Shown here: piece by piece, positions 36,667-49,862 of the stretch
Layout of the letters: each line of letters begins with the position of its first letter
Numbering within the stretch: the first letter of the stretch is position 1
NCBI GenBank assembly: GCA_002346665.1
Contig: DEAG01000011.1
Span: forward strand, 6,589-70,588
Source of the DNA: Gemmatimonadales bacterium UBA2988
Lineage (GTDB): Bacteria; Gemmatimonadota; Gemmatimonadetes; Longimicrobiales; Gaopeijiaceae
Length of the DNA: 64,000 bases
Reading direction: 5' to 3'
Program-made: the position numbers and the translations under genes
Notes under the pieces: generated by a model
Database searches by the model: none
What the model was told of the DNA's origin: nothing
The model's input: only the letters and a program-made list of their open reading frames with translations

Positions 36667-37248
36667 TCAGGCCAGTGATCTCAATGTGGAGAGATCCAGA
36701 TGCACACTCACCGCCTGGCGGATGGCGGTGAGCCGGATGGCGACCCGGGCCTGCCCCCGCTTCTCCAAGAGCAAGCCTCGCATCCCCCGGAAAGGACCGC
36801 GGGTGACCAGCACGGAATCTCCGATGTCGAAGAAGTCGGCCGGAAGAGGCTCTACGGCTGTCTCCTCAATACCGGCCACCAGGAGTCGGACGGATTCCAG
36901 CTCCTCCTCACGGAGGGGAGACGGACACCCGTTCGGCCTAACCACATCCACGATGCCGTGGATCCGGACAACATCGTCGTACTGATTGAGGTCGAAGCGG
37001 ACGAAAGTATACCCGGGAAAGAGCGGGAAGGCCACGCGTTTCTTCCGGTCTGACCACTGCCGTTCCTTCTGCACTAGGGGCAGGTACGCCTCAAACCCCG
37101 CCTGGCTCAAGAGCTTACCGACCACCTTCTCGGCCCGGGCCCGGGTCCGGCAGGCGTACCATCGCGCCCCCCGGTAGAGCTCCGTAGAAAAGGTGCTGCC
37201 GGCCTTCGAGAACCCCTTGACCGGGCTCTTAAATGAATCTCTAGGCAT
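36667..37248 (-). CDS. specialised NusG paralog (UpxY/RfaH/LoaP-like transcription antiterminator)
   Basis: NGN-like RWYACRTRARAEKVV...VAFPLFPGYTFVRF and KOW-like IGDSVLVTRGPFRGMRGLLLEK. The ORF is open to 37395 but the nearest start before the NGN domain is ATG 37248. Confidence 0.7.
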   Translation of the reverse strand: MPRDSFKSPVKGFSKAGSTFSTELYRGARWYACRTRARAEKVVGKLLSQAGFEAYLPLVQKERQWSDRKKRVAFPLFPGYTFVRFDLNQYDDVVRIHGIVDVVRPNGCPSPLREEELESVRLLVAGIEETAVEPLPADFFDIGDSVLVTRGPFRGMRGLLLEKRGQARVAIRLTAIRQAVSVHLDLSTLRSLA

Positions 37249-37547
37249 ACGATCGGTCCGAGTCGCGTTTTCAAGGAAGCTATCCCGGGGCAGAGCGCCC
37301 GACTCTGCGGAACCATCCGAATCCAAGGACGAGAGCGGAGACTGATGTTCCTTTATCTCGCCGACAACAATGAGAACGCTTGTTTCCGAACGCAAGCCGT
37401 CGTTCTTCGTCGCTTCCGCGGGACACTACCGGACTGTCGCATGCTACGACTAGCGATGAAGGACTGGCACCACACTCTACCGCACGCCATCATCATCGCC
37501 GCGGGCATGGCATCACGCGTGGACACGCTGACAAGGGATCGCGTCAA
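37249..37547. promoter_or_regulatory. divergent intergenic region between the NusG paralog and the lhgO-like gene (promoters not mapped)
   Basis: Follows from the trimmed starts of the two divergent genes. No promoter hexamers confidently identified. Confidence 0.3.
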
Positions 37548-38753
37548 GTGAACGACGGAACCGACTTCCTGGTGGTGGGTGGTGGCATCGTCGGCCTGGC
37601 CGTGGCCCTCGAGCTGCGCCGCCGAGGGCTCGGCTCGGTGACTCTCTTGGAAAAGGAGCCAGCTCTGGGCCTGCACACCTCAGGGCGGAACAGCGGGGTC
37701 CTCCACGCCGGAATATATTACGCCACCGACAGTCTCAAGGCCCGGTTGTGTGCGGAGGGGTCCCGGCGGCTCCGGGAATACGCAATCGACCGTAAACTTC
37801 CCCTGAGGACCTGTGGCAAGGTCATCGTAGCATCCTCGGAACAGACCGCTCCCCAGATCGACGTGCTATACCGACAGGCGCTTCACAACGGAGTACGGGT
37901 GGAGCGGATCTCCCCGGATGAGCTAAGCCGCATCGAACCGGAGGCTACCACCCATGGTGTGGCACTCCATTCTCCGGATACGGCGATCACAGACTCTAGG
38001 TCCATCCTGCAGTGCCTGAGCGAGGACGCCGCGGACGCCGGAGTGCGCATCGAGCGGGGAGTCCGAGTTATCCGAGCAGACGACCAGGCGAGAGTAGCAA
38101 GTACAACCGCTGGGCCGTGCCCCTACGGAATACTGGTGAACTGCGCGGGCCTTCACGCCGACCGCATTGCCCATGCGGCCGGGGTGGGCCTCGAGTACGC
38201 CATCCTGCCCTTCCGGGGCATGTACCGTAAGCTTCGCGCCGAAGCGGCGGCCCGCTTTCGGGGACTCGTCTATCCCGCTCCGGACCTGCGCGTGCCCTTT
38301 CTGGGTGTTCACATCACCCCAACCGTCCATGGTGACGTGACCCTGGGGCCCACCGCTCTGCCCGCGCTCGGGCGGGAGAACTACGGGTGGATCAACGGAG
38401 TGCGACCGCGTGAAGCGGCGCGCATGGGATGGGACCTGGGGCGAATGCTCATCCTCAACCGCCACGGCTTCCGCAAGATGGCGGCCGAGGAAGCGACCCG
38501 CTACACCAAACCAGGCTTCCTGAGGGACGCCCGCACCCTAGCACCTCGGCTGCGTGGTCGGGACGTCACCGGTTGGTCGAAGGTCGGGATCCGGGCCCAG
38601 CTCATCAACCGGAAGCGGCTGGAGCTCGTGATGGACTTCGTAGTCGAAGAGGGCACACGCTCAGTACATGTGATGAACGCGGTGTCGCCGGCGTTCACAT
38701 CTGCGCTTCCGTTCGCGGAGTTGGTGGCCAACCGGGCCGCAACAATCCGCTAG
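37548..38753 (+). CDS. lhgO: L-2-hydroxyglutarate oxidase/dehydrogenase-like FAD enzyme
   Basis: DFLVVGGGIVGLAVALEL, LLEKE...HTSGRNSGVLHAGIYY, ILPFRGMY and VPFLGVHITPTVHGDVTLGP parallel E. coli LhgO blocks. Start trimmed to in-frame GTG 37548. Confidence 0.75.
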   Translation: MNDGTDFLVVGGGIVGLAVALELRRRGLGSVTLLEKEPALGLHTSGRNSGVLHAGIYYATDSLKARLCAEGSRRLREYAIDRKLPLRTCGKVIVASSEQTAPQIDVLYRQALHNGVRVERISPDELSRIEPEATTHGVALHSPDTAITDSRSILQCLSEDAADAGVRIERGVRVIRADDQARVASTTAGPCPYGILVNCAGLHADRIAHAAGVGLEYAILPFRGMYRKLRAEAAARFRGLVYPAPDLRVPFLGVHITPTVHGDVTLGPTALPALGRENYGWINGVRPREAARMGWDLGRMLILNRHGFRKMAAEEATRYTKPGFLRDARTLAPRLRGRDVTGWSKVGIRAQLINRKRLELVMDFVVEEGTRSVHVMNAVSPAFTSALPFAELVANRAATIR

Positions 38754-38958
38754 GGAACCGCCCTTCCCGCCCTCTATTACTCAAGCAACCACACGAACCA
38801 CCACACTGCTCGATGTAGGGACGGACACCCGCCAGGGCGGTCAAATGCCTCGTCGGGGAAAGCCTTCAGGACGTACAGGTAGCGGATGTCGCCTTGAACC
38901 ACCTAGAAACGGACGTTGGTCTCTAGTTCGCACGAGGTTGGCAGTGATGGTGGGGTCC

Positions 38959-42261
<3,303 letters not shown>

Positions 42262-42272
42262 TCTCGGTTCTA

Positions 42273-42887
42273 CTAGGCGTGCTGAACAGCGGGCGGCGGG
42301 TAGAGCGTTTCCCGCTCGATGATTATGCGAGCCGCGTCCGGCACCAGGTGCCGGATCGATCTCCCCTGCCGTGCCCGCGCCCGCACGTCGGTCGCCGACA
42401 CATCGATCCGGGTGACCGGCACGACGCACGAGGGGACGGAGACCCCAGGGTCCACGGCAGCGGGATCCTCCCCCTCTCGGGCCATGACTGCGACGGTCGC
42501 CAGCCGGGCTATTCCTTGGGGGTCTTTCCAGTCCGCGAGTTGCCGCCACTGGTCCACTCCGATCAGAAGCACCAGTTCGGCCTCGGGATAACGGGCGCTA
42601 AGTTCCCGCAGTGTGTCGACCGTGTACGAGGTTCCCGCGCGGCGCACCTCTATGTCGGAAGCGACTAGAACCGGATCGTCCGCAGACGCCGCCTCCAGCA
42701 TTTCCAAGCGCAGCCCCGGAGGGGCTGTCACTCGGCGCTTGTGAGGGGGTCGTGCAGCGAGCACGAGAAAGACGCGGTCCAGGCCCAGCCCCGCAGCCGC
42801 ATCGCGGGCGACGATCAGGTGGCCCACGTGAGGCGGATCGAAAGTCCCGCCCAGGACTCCCAACCGATGCGCACGAGCGGGGATCAC
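42273..42887 (-). CDS. nadD: nicotinate-nucleotide adenylyltransferase
   Basis: LGVLGGTFDPPHVGHL and a C-terminal ISATDVRAR. GTGA overlap with the bamD stop. Confidence 0.85.
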   Translation of the reverse strand: MIPARAHRLGVLGGTFDPPHVGHLIVARDAAAGLGLDRVFLVLAARPPHKRRVTAPPGLRLEMLEAASADDPVLVASDIEVRRAGTSYTVDTLRELSARYPEAELVLLIGVDQWRQLADWKDPQGIARLATVAVMAREGEDPAAVDPGVSVPSCVVPVTRIDVSATDVRARARQGRSIRHLVPDAARIIIERETLYPPPAVQHA

Positions 42888-43657
42888 AGCTCGGCACCAC
42901 CCGGCGTCGCCGCCTGCGACGCTGAGTCATCCGCGAGGCCACGCGCCTCTTCAGAGGTCGGATAGCTGTCGAGGATCTTTTGGCGCGTTTCCTCGACGAG
43001 ATCTTGGTAACCGATCTGCTCGTACGCCCTCATGATCCCCCGCAGGGCTTTGGGGGCCCACGAGGTGTCGGCATAGTCGTTCTCGATCGTTTCATAGTAT
43101 GTGATCGAGGATTCGTAGAACTGCCGCCGGAAATAATAGCTGGCGATAGAGTAGAGCTTCTCGGCTACCTTGACGCGCATCTGCTCTGCGATAGTCGCCG
43201 CCACTGTCGCCGCCGCGGTTCCCGGGTAGTCGGCGGCCACGTTACCGCACAGGACAAAGGCCTCTTCGGTGGGCTCCTGGTCGCGCTGGATGCTGGGAGA
43301 GAGGGCAGCAGCAGAACGGCAGCGGCCCATCGCCGCATCGGCTGCGGACGGGTGGTCGGGATAGCGGTCGGCAAAGTAACCGTATTCGGCCGAGGCGGTA
43401 ACGAACTGCTCCCGCCGGAAGTAGCTCTCCGCCAGAAGAAGCTGGGCCTCAGGTGCCCGCTCATAAGAAGGAAACAGGATGAAGAGGCGGTCGAGCGCGA
43501 GTTGGGCTTCGCCGTATTCCCCCTCGTCAAAACTGGTCACGGCCAGCGCGTATAGGTCTGCCGCCAACATCCCCTGATAGGGAAGTTCGCCCCGGCAGCC
43601 TGCGACCAGCAGGGCTGCGAGGACCAGGCTGAGAGGTTTCGGGAAGCGGGTGCGCAT
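42884..43657 (-). CDS. bamD: outer membrane protein assembly factor BamD-like TPR lipoprotein
   Basis: Lipobox LLVAGC after MRTRFPKPLSLVLAAL, with TPR-like repeats (FDEGEYGEAQLALDRL, YPDHPSAADA, YYFRRQFYESSITYYE). Start trimmed to ATG 43657. Confidence 0.7.
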   Translation of the reverse strand: MRTRFPKPLSLVLAALLVAGCRGELPYQGMLAADLYALAVTSFDEGEYGEAQLALDRLFILFPSYERAPEAQLLLAESYFRREQFVTASAEYGYFADRYPDHPSAADAAMGRCRSAAALSPSIQRDQEPTEEAFVLCGNVAADYPGTAAATVAATIAEQMRVKVAEKLYSIASYYFRRQFYESSITYYETIENDYADTSWAPKALRGIMRAYEQIGYQDLVEETRQKILDSYPTSEEARGLADDSASQAATPGGAEL

Positions 43658-43662
43658 TCCTG

Positions 43663-44000
43663 CTAGGTACACGGTAGGGGAGGCCTGGTTTCTCCAACAC
43701 GATAGAAATCCCAGACCACGGGGGCCACAAGGCGGACCCGCTCCTCCCTGAGTTCGGGGTAGATGGGCAGGCTCAGGCCCCCCGCGCACGCGCGGAGTGA
43801 GAGGGCAGAGCATCCGTGCCACTTGCGCAACCGATTGCATGCGTGGCACCTACCAGCGCCGCAAAGACCTGCTCCAGTTCAGCGACTTCGGTACCGAGGG
43901 TGAACCGCTGGGAATCGAGCGCGGCACCCAACCGCGCAACGACTGCCTCGCGGAGGCTCGCACAGTGGTCTTGCAGATCGAACAGCGGAACGGCCTGCAT
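43663..44000 (-). pseudogene. internally deleted DegT/DnrJ-family aminotransferase remnant
   Basis: ORF 43773..44000 gives only the N-terminal 65 residues (VPLFDLQ...FAALVGATHAIGCASGTDAL). By hand translation, a shifted frame from about 43776 down to the TAG at 43663-43665 gives the family C-terminus LSLPIYPELREERVRLVAPVVWDFY. About 270 codons of the middle are missing. Confidence 0.75.
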
Positions 44001-44016
44001 GCCCGCGCTTCGCGTC

Positions 44017-44955
44017 TCAGCACCGCGCAGCGGGCTGTTCAGATCGGGAAGAGCGTTGGAGCACGTAGTCGCGGTACGTCTGCTCGATACCCGCGCGCAA
44101 GCTGGTCCGCGGCTGCCAACCCAACTGCCTCATTCTGGTCACATCGAGGAGTTTCTGGGGTGTCCCATCGGGGAGATTTTCGTCCTGGACTATGCGTCCC
44201 TTATAGCCGACTACCTCTCCGATCAGCTGAGCTAGCTCAGCGATGTTCACGTCCTCACCATAACCTACGTTCACGATCTCCCACGGCACGGTGTCGGCCT
44301 CCATCAAGACAACGCAGGCGTCCGCCAGGTCGTCCACGTGAAGGAACTCCCGCCTGGGTCGACCACTCCCCCAGACCACGACCTCGTCGCGTCCTTCCGC
44401 CTTGGCCTCGTGAAATTTACGGAGAAGGGCTGGCACAACGTGGCTGGTCTCTAAATCGAAGTCGTCCCCCGGACCGTAAAGGTTCGTGGGCATCACGGAT
44501 AGGTAACGGGTGCCGTGCTGGCGGTTGAAAGCCTGGCAGAGCTTGATGCCGGCGATCTTGGCGATTGCATAAGGCTCGTTGGTGGGCTCTAGGGAACCGG
44601 TGAGGAGGTGCTCCTCCTTTATTGGCTGTGGGGCTAGCCGCGGGTATACGCAGGAACTCCCCATAAAAAGCAAGCTCCGGACTCCCAGAGCATGACCCAT
44701 CCGGATCACATTCAACTCGATAGCAAGGTTTTCCGCGATGAAGTCCGCGGGATAGCGGCTGTTGGCAAGGATCCCTCCGACCCGGGCGGCGGCCAACAGG
44801 ATCACCTCCGGTCGATGGCGCCCGAGCCACGCTCGCACCGCGCTTCCGTCCGCCAGGTCAAGATCTTGGCGGTCTGTCAGAAGAAGATCGGTGTAACCTC
44901 CCTTCTCAAGGCGACGGACCAGCGCGCTTCCGACCAACCCGCCGTGACCGGCCAC
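44017..44955 (-). CDS. fcl: GDP-L-fucose synthase (GDP-4-keto-6-deoxymannose 3,5-epimerase/4-reductase)
   Basis: VAGHGGLVGSAL, YAIAKIAGIKLC, PTNLYGPGDDFDLETSHVVPALLRKFHEAK and VWGSGRPRREFLHVDDLA. Confidence 0.9.
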   Translation of the reverse strand: MAGHGGLVGSALVRRLEKGGYTDLLLTDRQDLDLADGSAVRAWLGRHRPEVILLAAARVGGILANSRYPADFIAENLAIELNVIRMGHALGVRSLLFMGSSCVYPRLAPQPIKEEHLLTGSLEPTNEPYAIAKIAGIKLCQAFNRQHGTRYLSVMPTNLYGPGDDFDLETSHVVPALLRKFHEAKAEGRDEVVVWGSGRPRREFLHVDDLADACVVLMEADTVPWEIVNVGYGEDVNIAELAQLIGEVVGYKGRIVQDENLPDGTPQKLLDVTRMRQLGWQPRTSLRAGIEQTYRDYVLQRSSRSEQPAARC

Positions 44956-44975
44956 GAAGACTCGGTTCGAGGGAT

Positions 44976-46028
44976 TCAGATCGAGGCCGCTCCCCGGACC
45001 GCCATGTGGTGACCTGCTGTCCGCATGATGCCCTCCTGACGCGCTAGCGTGACGTCGTAATCGACCATCATGCGGACCAGATTAGGGAAGTCAACCTCGG
45101 CCTTCCACCCCAAACGCTCCCAACACAGTGTCGTGTCTCCCTGGAGAACGTGAACTTCACTGGGACGGAAGTACCCGGGGTCCACCTCGACATACTTCTC
45201 CCACTCCAGATCGACGCAGCCGAACGCTTCTTCCACGAAGTCCCGCACCGAATGGCAGGTGCCGGTCGCGACCACATAGTCACCCGGCTCGTCCTGCTGT
45301 AGCATAAGCTGCATAGCCTTCACGTAATCTCCGGCAAACCCCCAGTCCCGCTTGGCCTCGAGGTTTCCCAGAAAGAGCTTTGTTTGAAGACCCTCGACGA
45401 TCCGGCCCACCGCACGCGTGATCTTGCGAGTGACGAAGGTTTCCCCCCGCCGGGGTGACTCGTGGTTGAAGAGGATGCCGTTGCACAGGAAGAGTCCGTA
45501 GGCCTCCCGGGCGTTCACCCCGTACCAATGCGCCGCAACCTTGCTCACACCGTAAGGACTGCGGGGGTGAAAAGGCGTGTCCGCCCCCTGAGGGGGTGGG
45601 GAAGACCCGAACATCTCCGAGGACCCAGCCTGATAGACACGAACGTCCTGACCGGATTTTTCTCGGTAGTCGAGGACCGCCTGTAACATTCGTAGGGCGC
45701 CCATCGCGACAACGTCAGCCGTGTACTCTGGTTCCTCGAACGAGACCTTGACGTGCGACTGCGCGCCCAAGTTGTAGACCTCGTGCGGCTGCGCGCGATC
45801 GATTACTCTGCGCAACACCGCCGAATCGGTGAGATCTCCGTAGTGCAGGATGACCTTTCTGCCCACCTCGTGGGGGTCCTCGTACAGATGGTCGATACGG
45901 TCGGTCGTGAATACTGAGGACCGCCGGATTATGCCGTGCACCTCGTACCCTTGGCTGAGGAGCAACTCCAACAGGTACGATCCGTCCTGTCCGGTTATAC
46001 CGGTTACCAACGCACGTTTCTGATCCAT
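44976..46028 (-). CDS. gmd: GDP-mannose 4,6-dehydratase
   Basis: [45 protein letters not shown] and [18 protein letters not shown]. Confidence 0.95.
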   Translation of the reverse strand: MDQKRALVTGITGQDGSYLLELLLSQGYEVHGIIRRSSVFTTDRIDHLYEDPHEVGRKVILHYGDLTDSAVLRRVIDRAQPHEVYNLGAQSHVKVSFEEPEYTADVVAMGALRMLQAVLDYREKSGQDVRVYQAGSSEMFGSSPPPQGADTPFHPRSPYGVSKVAAHWYGVNAREAYGLFLCNGILFNHESPRRGETFVTRKITRAVGRIVEGLQTKLFLGNLEAKRDWGFAGDYVKAMQLMLQQDEPGDYVVATGTCHSVRDFVEEAFGCVDLEWEKYVEVDPGYFRPSEVHVLQGDTTLCWERLGWKAEVDFPNLVRMMVDYDVTLARQEGIMRTAGHHMAVRGAASI

Positions 46029-46071
46029 TAGCTAGCTTCACCTGCCGCGAGCGAGGTCACAATAGCCCAAA

Positions 46072-47031
46072 TTACCGGCCCTTCTGAAACTCCGCCAGAA
46101 TTGCACCGGCGGTCTTCTGGAGGCCTGCGCGCAAACCAACATTCACCTCGTATCCCATGGCCGCGCGGATCTTGGTGAGGTCCGCCAGCGAGTCCTGTAC
46201 GTCCCCTGGGCGCGCCGGACCATGCTTCGCTTCCACCGCCGACCCCAACTCCTCCTGGACCATCTTCCACAAAGCGTTGATCGAGGTCCGCTCCCCCGCT
46301 CCAACATTGAATACCTGGCCGGACACTCGGTCCGTAGCAGCCTCGGCGGACAGCAGATTGGCTTCGATTACGTTCGAAATATGGGTGAAGTCTCGGGTCT
46401 GCTCGCCGTCCCCGTTTATCGTTGGAGAACACCCCTCTAGCGCCATCGTGATAAAGAGCGGGATCACAGCCGCATATTGGGAACTCGGGTCCTGGCGCGA
46501 CCCGAACACGTTGAAGTAGCGCAGCACCACGGTCTCGAGCCCGTGCACATGGGCAAACACGCACGTGTAGTGCTCTCCGGTGATCTTCGCGACCGCGTAG
46601 GGCGAGCGGGGTCGCTCCGCCATGTCCTCCCGCTTCGGCAGGGTGGGCGTGTCCCCGTATGCCGAACTCGATCCGGCGTACACGAAGCGGCGCACGCCCG
46701 CGCCGTGTGCGGCGACCAGCATGTGTAGCGTCCCGGTGGCCGTCACTTCGTGGGTTAGTGTCGGGTCGGCCACGGACCTCTGGACCGAGGGGACAGCGGC
46801 CTGGTGAAAGACGTAGTCTACTCCGCGGCAAGCAGCTTCGCAGACCAAAGGGTCCGTGACGGACCCTTCGATCAGTTCAATCCCGTCCAGAGCATGTTCT
46901 AAGTTCACCCGGTGCCCAGTGGAGAAGTTGTCAAGTACGCGCACGTGAGCACCCTCCGCGATCAGGCGATCCACGAGGTGGGATCCGATGAACCCCGCTC
47001 CTCCAGTGACCAGCGCAGTGGCATCCCTCAT
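46072..47031 (-). CDS. extended-SDR NDP-sugar 4-epimerase-like enzyme (WbpP/UDP-uronate epimerase-like)
   Basis: [34 protein letters not shown] and [13 protein letters not shown] overlap with the upstream stop. Confidence 0.75.
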   Translation of the reverse strand: MRDATALVTGGAGFIGSHLVDRLIAEGAHVRVLDNFSTGHRVNLEHALDGIELIEGSVTDPLVCEAACRGVDYVFHQAAVPSVQRSVADPTLTHEVTATGTLHMLVAAHGAGVRRFVYAGSSSAYGDTPTLPKREDMAERPRSPYAVAKITGEHYTCVFAHVHGLETVVLRYFNVFGSRQDPSSQYAAVIPLFITMALEGCSPTINGDGEQTRDFTHISNVIEANLLSAEAATDRVSGQVFNVGAGERTSINALWKMVQEELGSAVEAKHGPARPGDVQDSLADLTKIRAAMGYEVNVGLRAGLQKTAGAILAEFQKGR

Positions 47032-48002
47032 CTGGCATCCGAATCCATGAGCGTACGGGCGACGGCACCCTTTTCGACAAGCGCCCTGAAGAACGGGATC
47101 GTGCGCTGGAGCCCCTCCCGAAGCGGGACGTTCGGCTCCCAGCCGAGCACGTCACGAGCGATCGTTATGTCGGGCCGCCGGATCTTGGGGTCGTCCTGGG
47201 GGAGCGGCAGAAAATCGATAGTGGACCGGCCTCCGATCTCCTCTAGGACCAGTTCCGCCAGTTCCTGAACTGTGAATTCGTCAGGGTTGCCAATGTTCGT
47301 CGGGTCCACACGATCGGACTCGAAGAGTCGGTAGATCCCTTCCACCTCGTCTGACACGTAGCAGAACGAACGAGTCTGAGAGCCATCTCCGTACACGGTG
47401 AGCGGCTCTCCCCGGAGCGCCTGCACGACGAAATTGGACACGACGCGTCCGTCCGCGGGTCGCATGCGCTCCCCAAACGTATTGAAAATACGAACGATGC
47501 GCGTGTCCACCCCGTGGAATCGGTGGTACGCCATGGTCATAGCCTCTGCGAAGCGCTTCGCCTCGTCGTAAACTCCCCGGGGTCCGACATTGTTCACGTT
47601 GCCCCAATAGGTCTCGGGCTGGGGGTGAACTAGAGCGTCTCCGTAGACCTCGGACGTAGAAGCGAGGAGGTACCGCGCACCCTTGGCCTTGGCTAAGCCA
47701 AGCGTCTTAAAGGTGCCCAGGCTCCCTACCTTGAGCGTCTGAATGGGGAGCTCGAGGTAGTCCACGGGGCTCGCGGGAGACGCGAAATGGAGGACACCGT
47801 CGAGCGGGCCTGCGACCGACATGTCGTTAGTCACGTCGTGCTGAACGAACTCGAAGTCAGCGTTATCCCGGAGGTGGGCAATGTTGTCAGAACTTCCCGT
47901 GATGAAGTTGTCCATCCCGATCACCTGGTGGCCGTCCACAAGGAAACGATCGACCAGATGTGAGCCCAGGAAGCCCGCCGCACCGGTGATCAACACCCTC
48001 AC
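47028..48002 (-). CDS. UDP-glucuronate decarboxylase (UDP-xylose synthase)
   Basis: [49 protein letters not shown] and [10 protein letters not shown]. Start trimmed to GTG 48002 (GTGA overlap with the ugd stop). Confidence 0.85.
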   Translation of the reverse strand: MRVLITGAAGFLGSHLVDRFLVDGHQVIGMDNFITGSSDNIAHLRDNADFEFVQHDVTNDMSVAGPLDGVLHFASPASPVDYLELPIQTLKVGSLGTFKTLGLAKAKGARYLLASTSEVYGDALVHPQPETYWGNVNNVGPRGVYDEAKRFAEAMTMAYHRFHGVDTRIVRIFNTFGERMRPADGRVVSNFVVQALRGEPLTVYGDGSQTRSFCYVSDEVEGIYRLFESDRVDPTNIGNPDEFTVQELAELVLEEIGGRSTIDFLPLPQDDPKIRRPDITIARDVLGWEPNVPLREGLQRTIPFFRALVEKGAVARTLMDSDAR

Positions 48003-49327
48003 TCTCGATCTCCCGACATTGCCACCAGAGGCTTCCCAATAGAGTGATACTCGAATCCGTGGGCCTCCATCATCTCCGTCTTGTAGAGGTTGCGACCGTC
48101 GAATATCACGGGCTGTAGAAGGAGTTCCTTCATGCGAGGAAAATCCGGGCGACGATAGGGATGCCATTCGGTGTGAATCACCAGGGCGTCCGCACCCTCG
48201 AGCGCAACGTAGTTGTTCTCTTGATATTCGACCCGGTCCCCCAAGCGGCGCCTGGCCTCTTCGATTGCAACCGGATCGTGAACCACGACGCGAGCCCCAC
48301 GCTCGATTAGACCCTCCATAGTCACCAAGCTCGGGGCGTCCCTCATGTCGTCGGTGTTCGGTTTGAACGCGAGTCCCCAGATCGCGTAGATCCGGCTAGA
48401 GAGATCATCACCGAAGCGCGCCACGATCGCATCCAGCAGCAGCCGTTTCTGGCTGTCGTTCACAGCCTCCACAGCCTCGAGGATGGAAGCGTCCAACCCG
48501 AGCTGATTGCTCGTGCGTATGAGCGCCTTCACGTCTTTCGGGAAGCAACTTCCGCCGTAGCCCACCCCCGGGAACAGAAAGTTAGGCCCGATGCGTGAGT
48601 CCGACCCGATCCCCGTCCGAACCTGATCCACATCGGCGCCTGTCGCAGCGCACAGACGAGCAACCGCATTCATGAAGCTGATCCGGGTGGCCAGCATAGC
48701 ATTAGCCGCGTACTTGGTGATCTCGGCGGACGCCACGTCCATAATCATGATCTGATGGCCAGTCCTGACGAATGGTTCGAACAGCGTACGGAGCACCTCA
48801 GCTGCCCCGGGGTCGTCCACCCCGAGCACGACCCGGTCGGGCTTCATGAAATCCTCGACCGCGGCTCCCTCCTTCAGGAACTCCGGGTTCGAACAGACGT
48901 GGAACGAGTGCGTGGCGTCGACCGCGATCGCCTGCCGCACCTTGTCAGCTGTACCCACCGGGACTGTGCTCTTGGTGATCACGATCTTATCACCATTCAT
49001 AGCTCGCCCGATGGTCCCGGCCACTGCCAGCACATGCTGGAGGTCCGCTGAACCGTCCTCTCCGGGGGGAGTGCCCACGGCAACGAAGATAATCCTGGAG
49101 TCTCGGACGGCCTGCGCGACATCGGTGGTAAAGCGAAGCCGTCCTTCGGCTAGGTTATGCCTCACCATCGGCTCGAGTCCAGGCTCGTAAATTGGGATCT
49201 CACCCTGGTTGAGACACGCGACTTTACCCTCGTCGACGTCCGCGCACACGACGTCGTGGCCGGTCTCGGCCAGGCACGCGCCCACGACCAGACCGACATA
49301 ACCGGTCCCGATTACGGAGATGTTCAC
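47999..49327 (-). CDS. ugd: UDP-glucose 6-dehydrogenase
   Basis: [38 protein letters not shown] and [16 protein letters not shown]. Start trimmed to GTG 49327 ([12 protein letters not shown]), which removes a 95-aa non-homologous extension. Confidence 0.9.
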   Translation of the reverse strand: MNISVIGTGYVGLVVGACLAETGHDVVCADVDEGKVACLNQGEIPIYEPGLEPMVRHNLAEGRLRFTTDVAQAVRDSRIIFVAVGTPPGEDGSADLQHVLAVAGTIGRAMNGDKIVITKSTVPVGTADKVRQAIAVDATHSFHVCSNPEFLKEGAAVEDFMKPDRVVLGVDDPGAAEVLRTLFEPFVRTGHQIMIMDVASAEITKYAANAMLATRISFMNAVARLCAATGADVDQVRTGIGSDSRIGPNFLFPGVGYGGSCFPKDVKALIRTSNQLGLDASILEAVEAVNDSQKRLLLDAIVARFGDDLSSRIYAIWGLAFKPNTDDMRDAPSLVTMEGLIERGARVVVHDPVAIEEARRRLGDRVEYQENNYVALEGADALVIHTEWHPYRRPDFPRMKELLLQPVIFDGRNLYKTEMMEAHGFEYHSIGKPLVAMSGDRE

Positions 49328-49862
49328 GACGGCGCGGTGATAACCCGGATCAAGCGCCGAGAAATGTGGTAGCCACTTCTTCTGGCGTCGGGACTGTGTC
49401 ACTGCGCGAATCCCACACACCGTAAGGGTACACTGTGTAGGGGACCGGCTTTCTCCGCTCCGAAAGCCAGCAACACACCGACTTGTAACTAATAAATGGA
49501 AACGGAGAAACCATTGGCCTGGAAGGAGTAATAAAGGATTGCGGTAGGCAAGATAGGGGTGCCTGGTCACACAGCAAAGCCCGGAGTGAACTGGTCCCGG
49601 CTTCCTAGACAAATGGGTGGCCTAATCATGCTATCTCCGGATGAGCTCCTGGTGGACTCGGACCGGGGCCCTATACCTATGCCGTTCCGGCAGCCCCACG
49701 TGGGTGCTTTCCGCGACGCACTGGTGCCAGCAGCCCGTTCACACACATCAACCTGAGCACTCAGTTCTTGCCCACACGGAGAGGGAAAGCATTATCCTAC
49801 ACTCATGCCCACCGGAACGCCGCCACCAGACCCGCCTCAGAACTCACGCGTGAGCTGAACTG
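49328..49862. promoter_or_regulatory. 535-bp divergent intergenic region between the ugd operon and the Wzi-like gene
   Basis: No credible ORF. Carries one copy of the 13-mer shared with the 35.9-kb leader, and a GCGGTAG word. Confidence 0.35.

Noticed and set aside
42262-42549. 96-aa N-terminal extension of SecA in the ORF track. Comparable extensions occur on bamD (to 43849), ugd (to 49612), the UXS gene (to 48167), the NusG paralog (to 37395) and the lhgO-like gene (from 37380).
   Set aside because: The extensions are Arg/Gly/Pro-rich, overlap upstream genes by tens to hundreds of nt, and precede canonical family N-termini that have their own start codons at compact junctions.
46028-46831. 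267-aa minus-strand ORF overlapping the epimerase gene 46072..47031 in another frame. Similar alternate-frame ORFs occur at 57972..58565, 55431..56033 and 54072..54560.
   Set aside because: The overlapping frame carries a clear extended-SDR (or Wzc, Wzx, GT2) sequence. The alternate-frame products are low-complexity and Arg/Gly/Pro-rich.
49724-49735. GTGCCAGCAGCC, identical to the first 12 nt of the universal 16S rRNA 515F site.
   Set aside because: The match ends after 12 nt (CCGCGGTAA does not follow) and no other rRNA-like sequence surrounds it. It is part of the 13-mer reported as a shared intergenic word.
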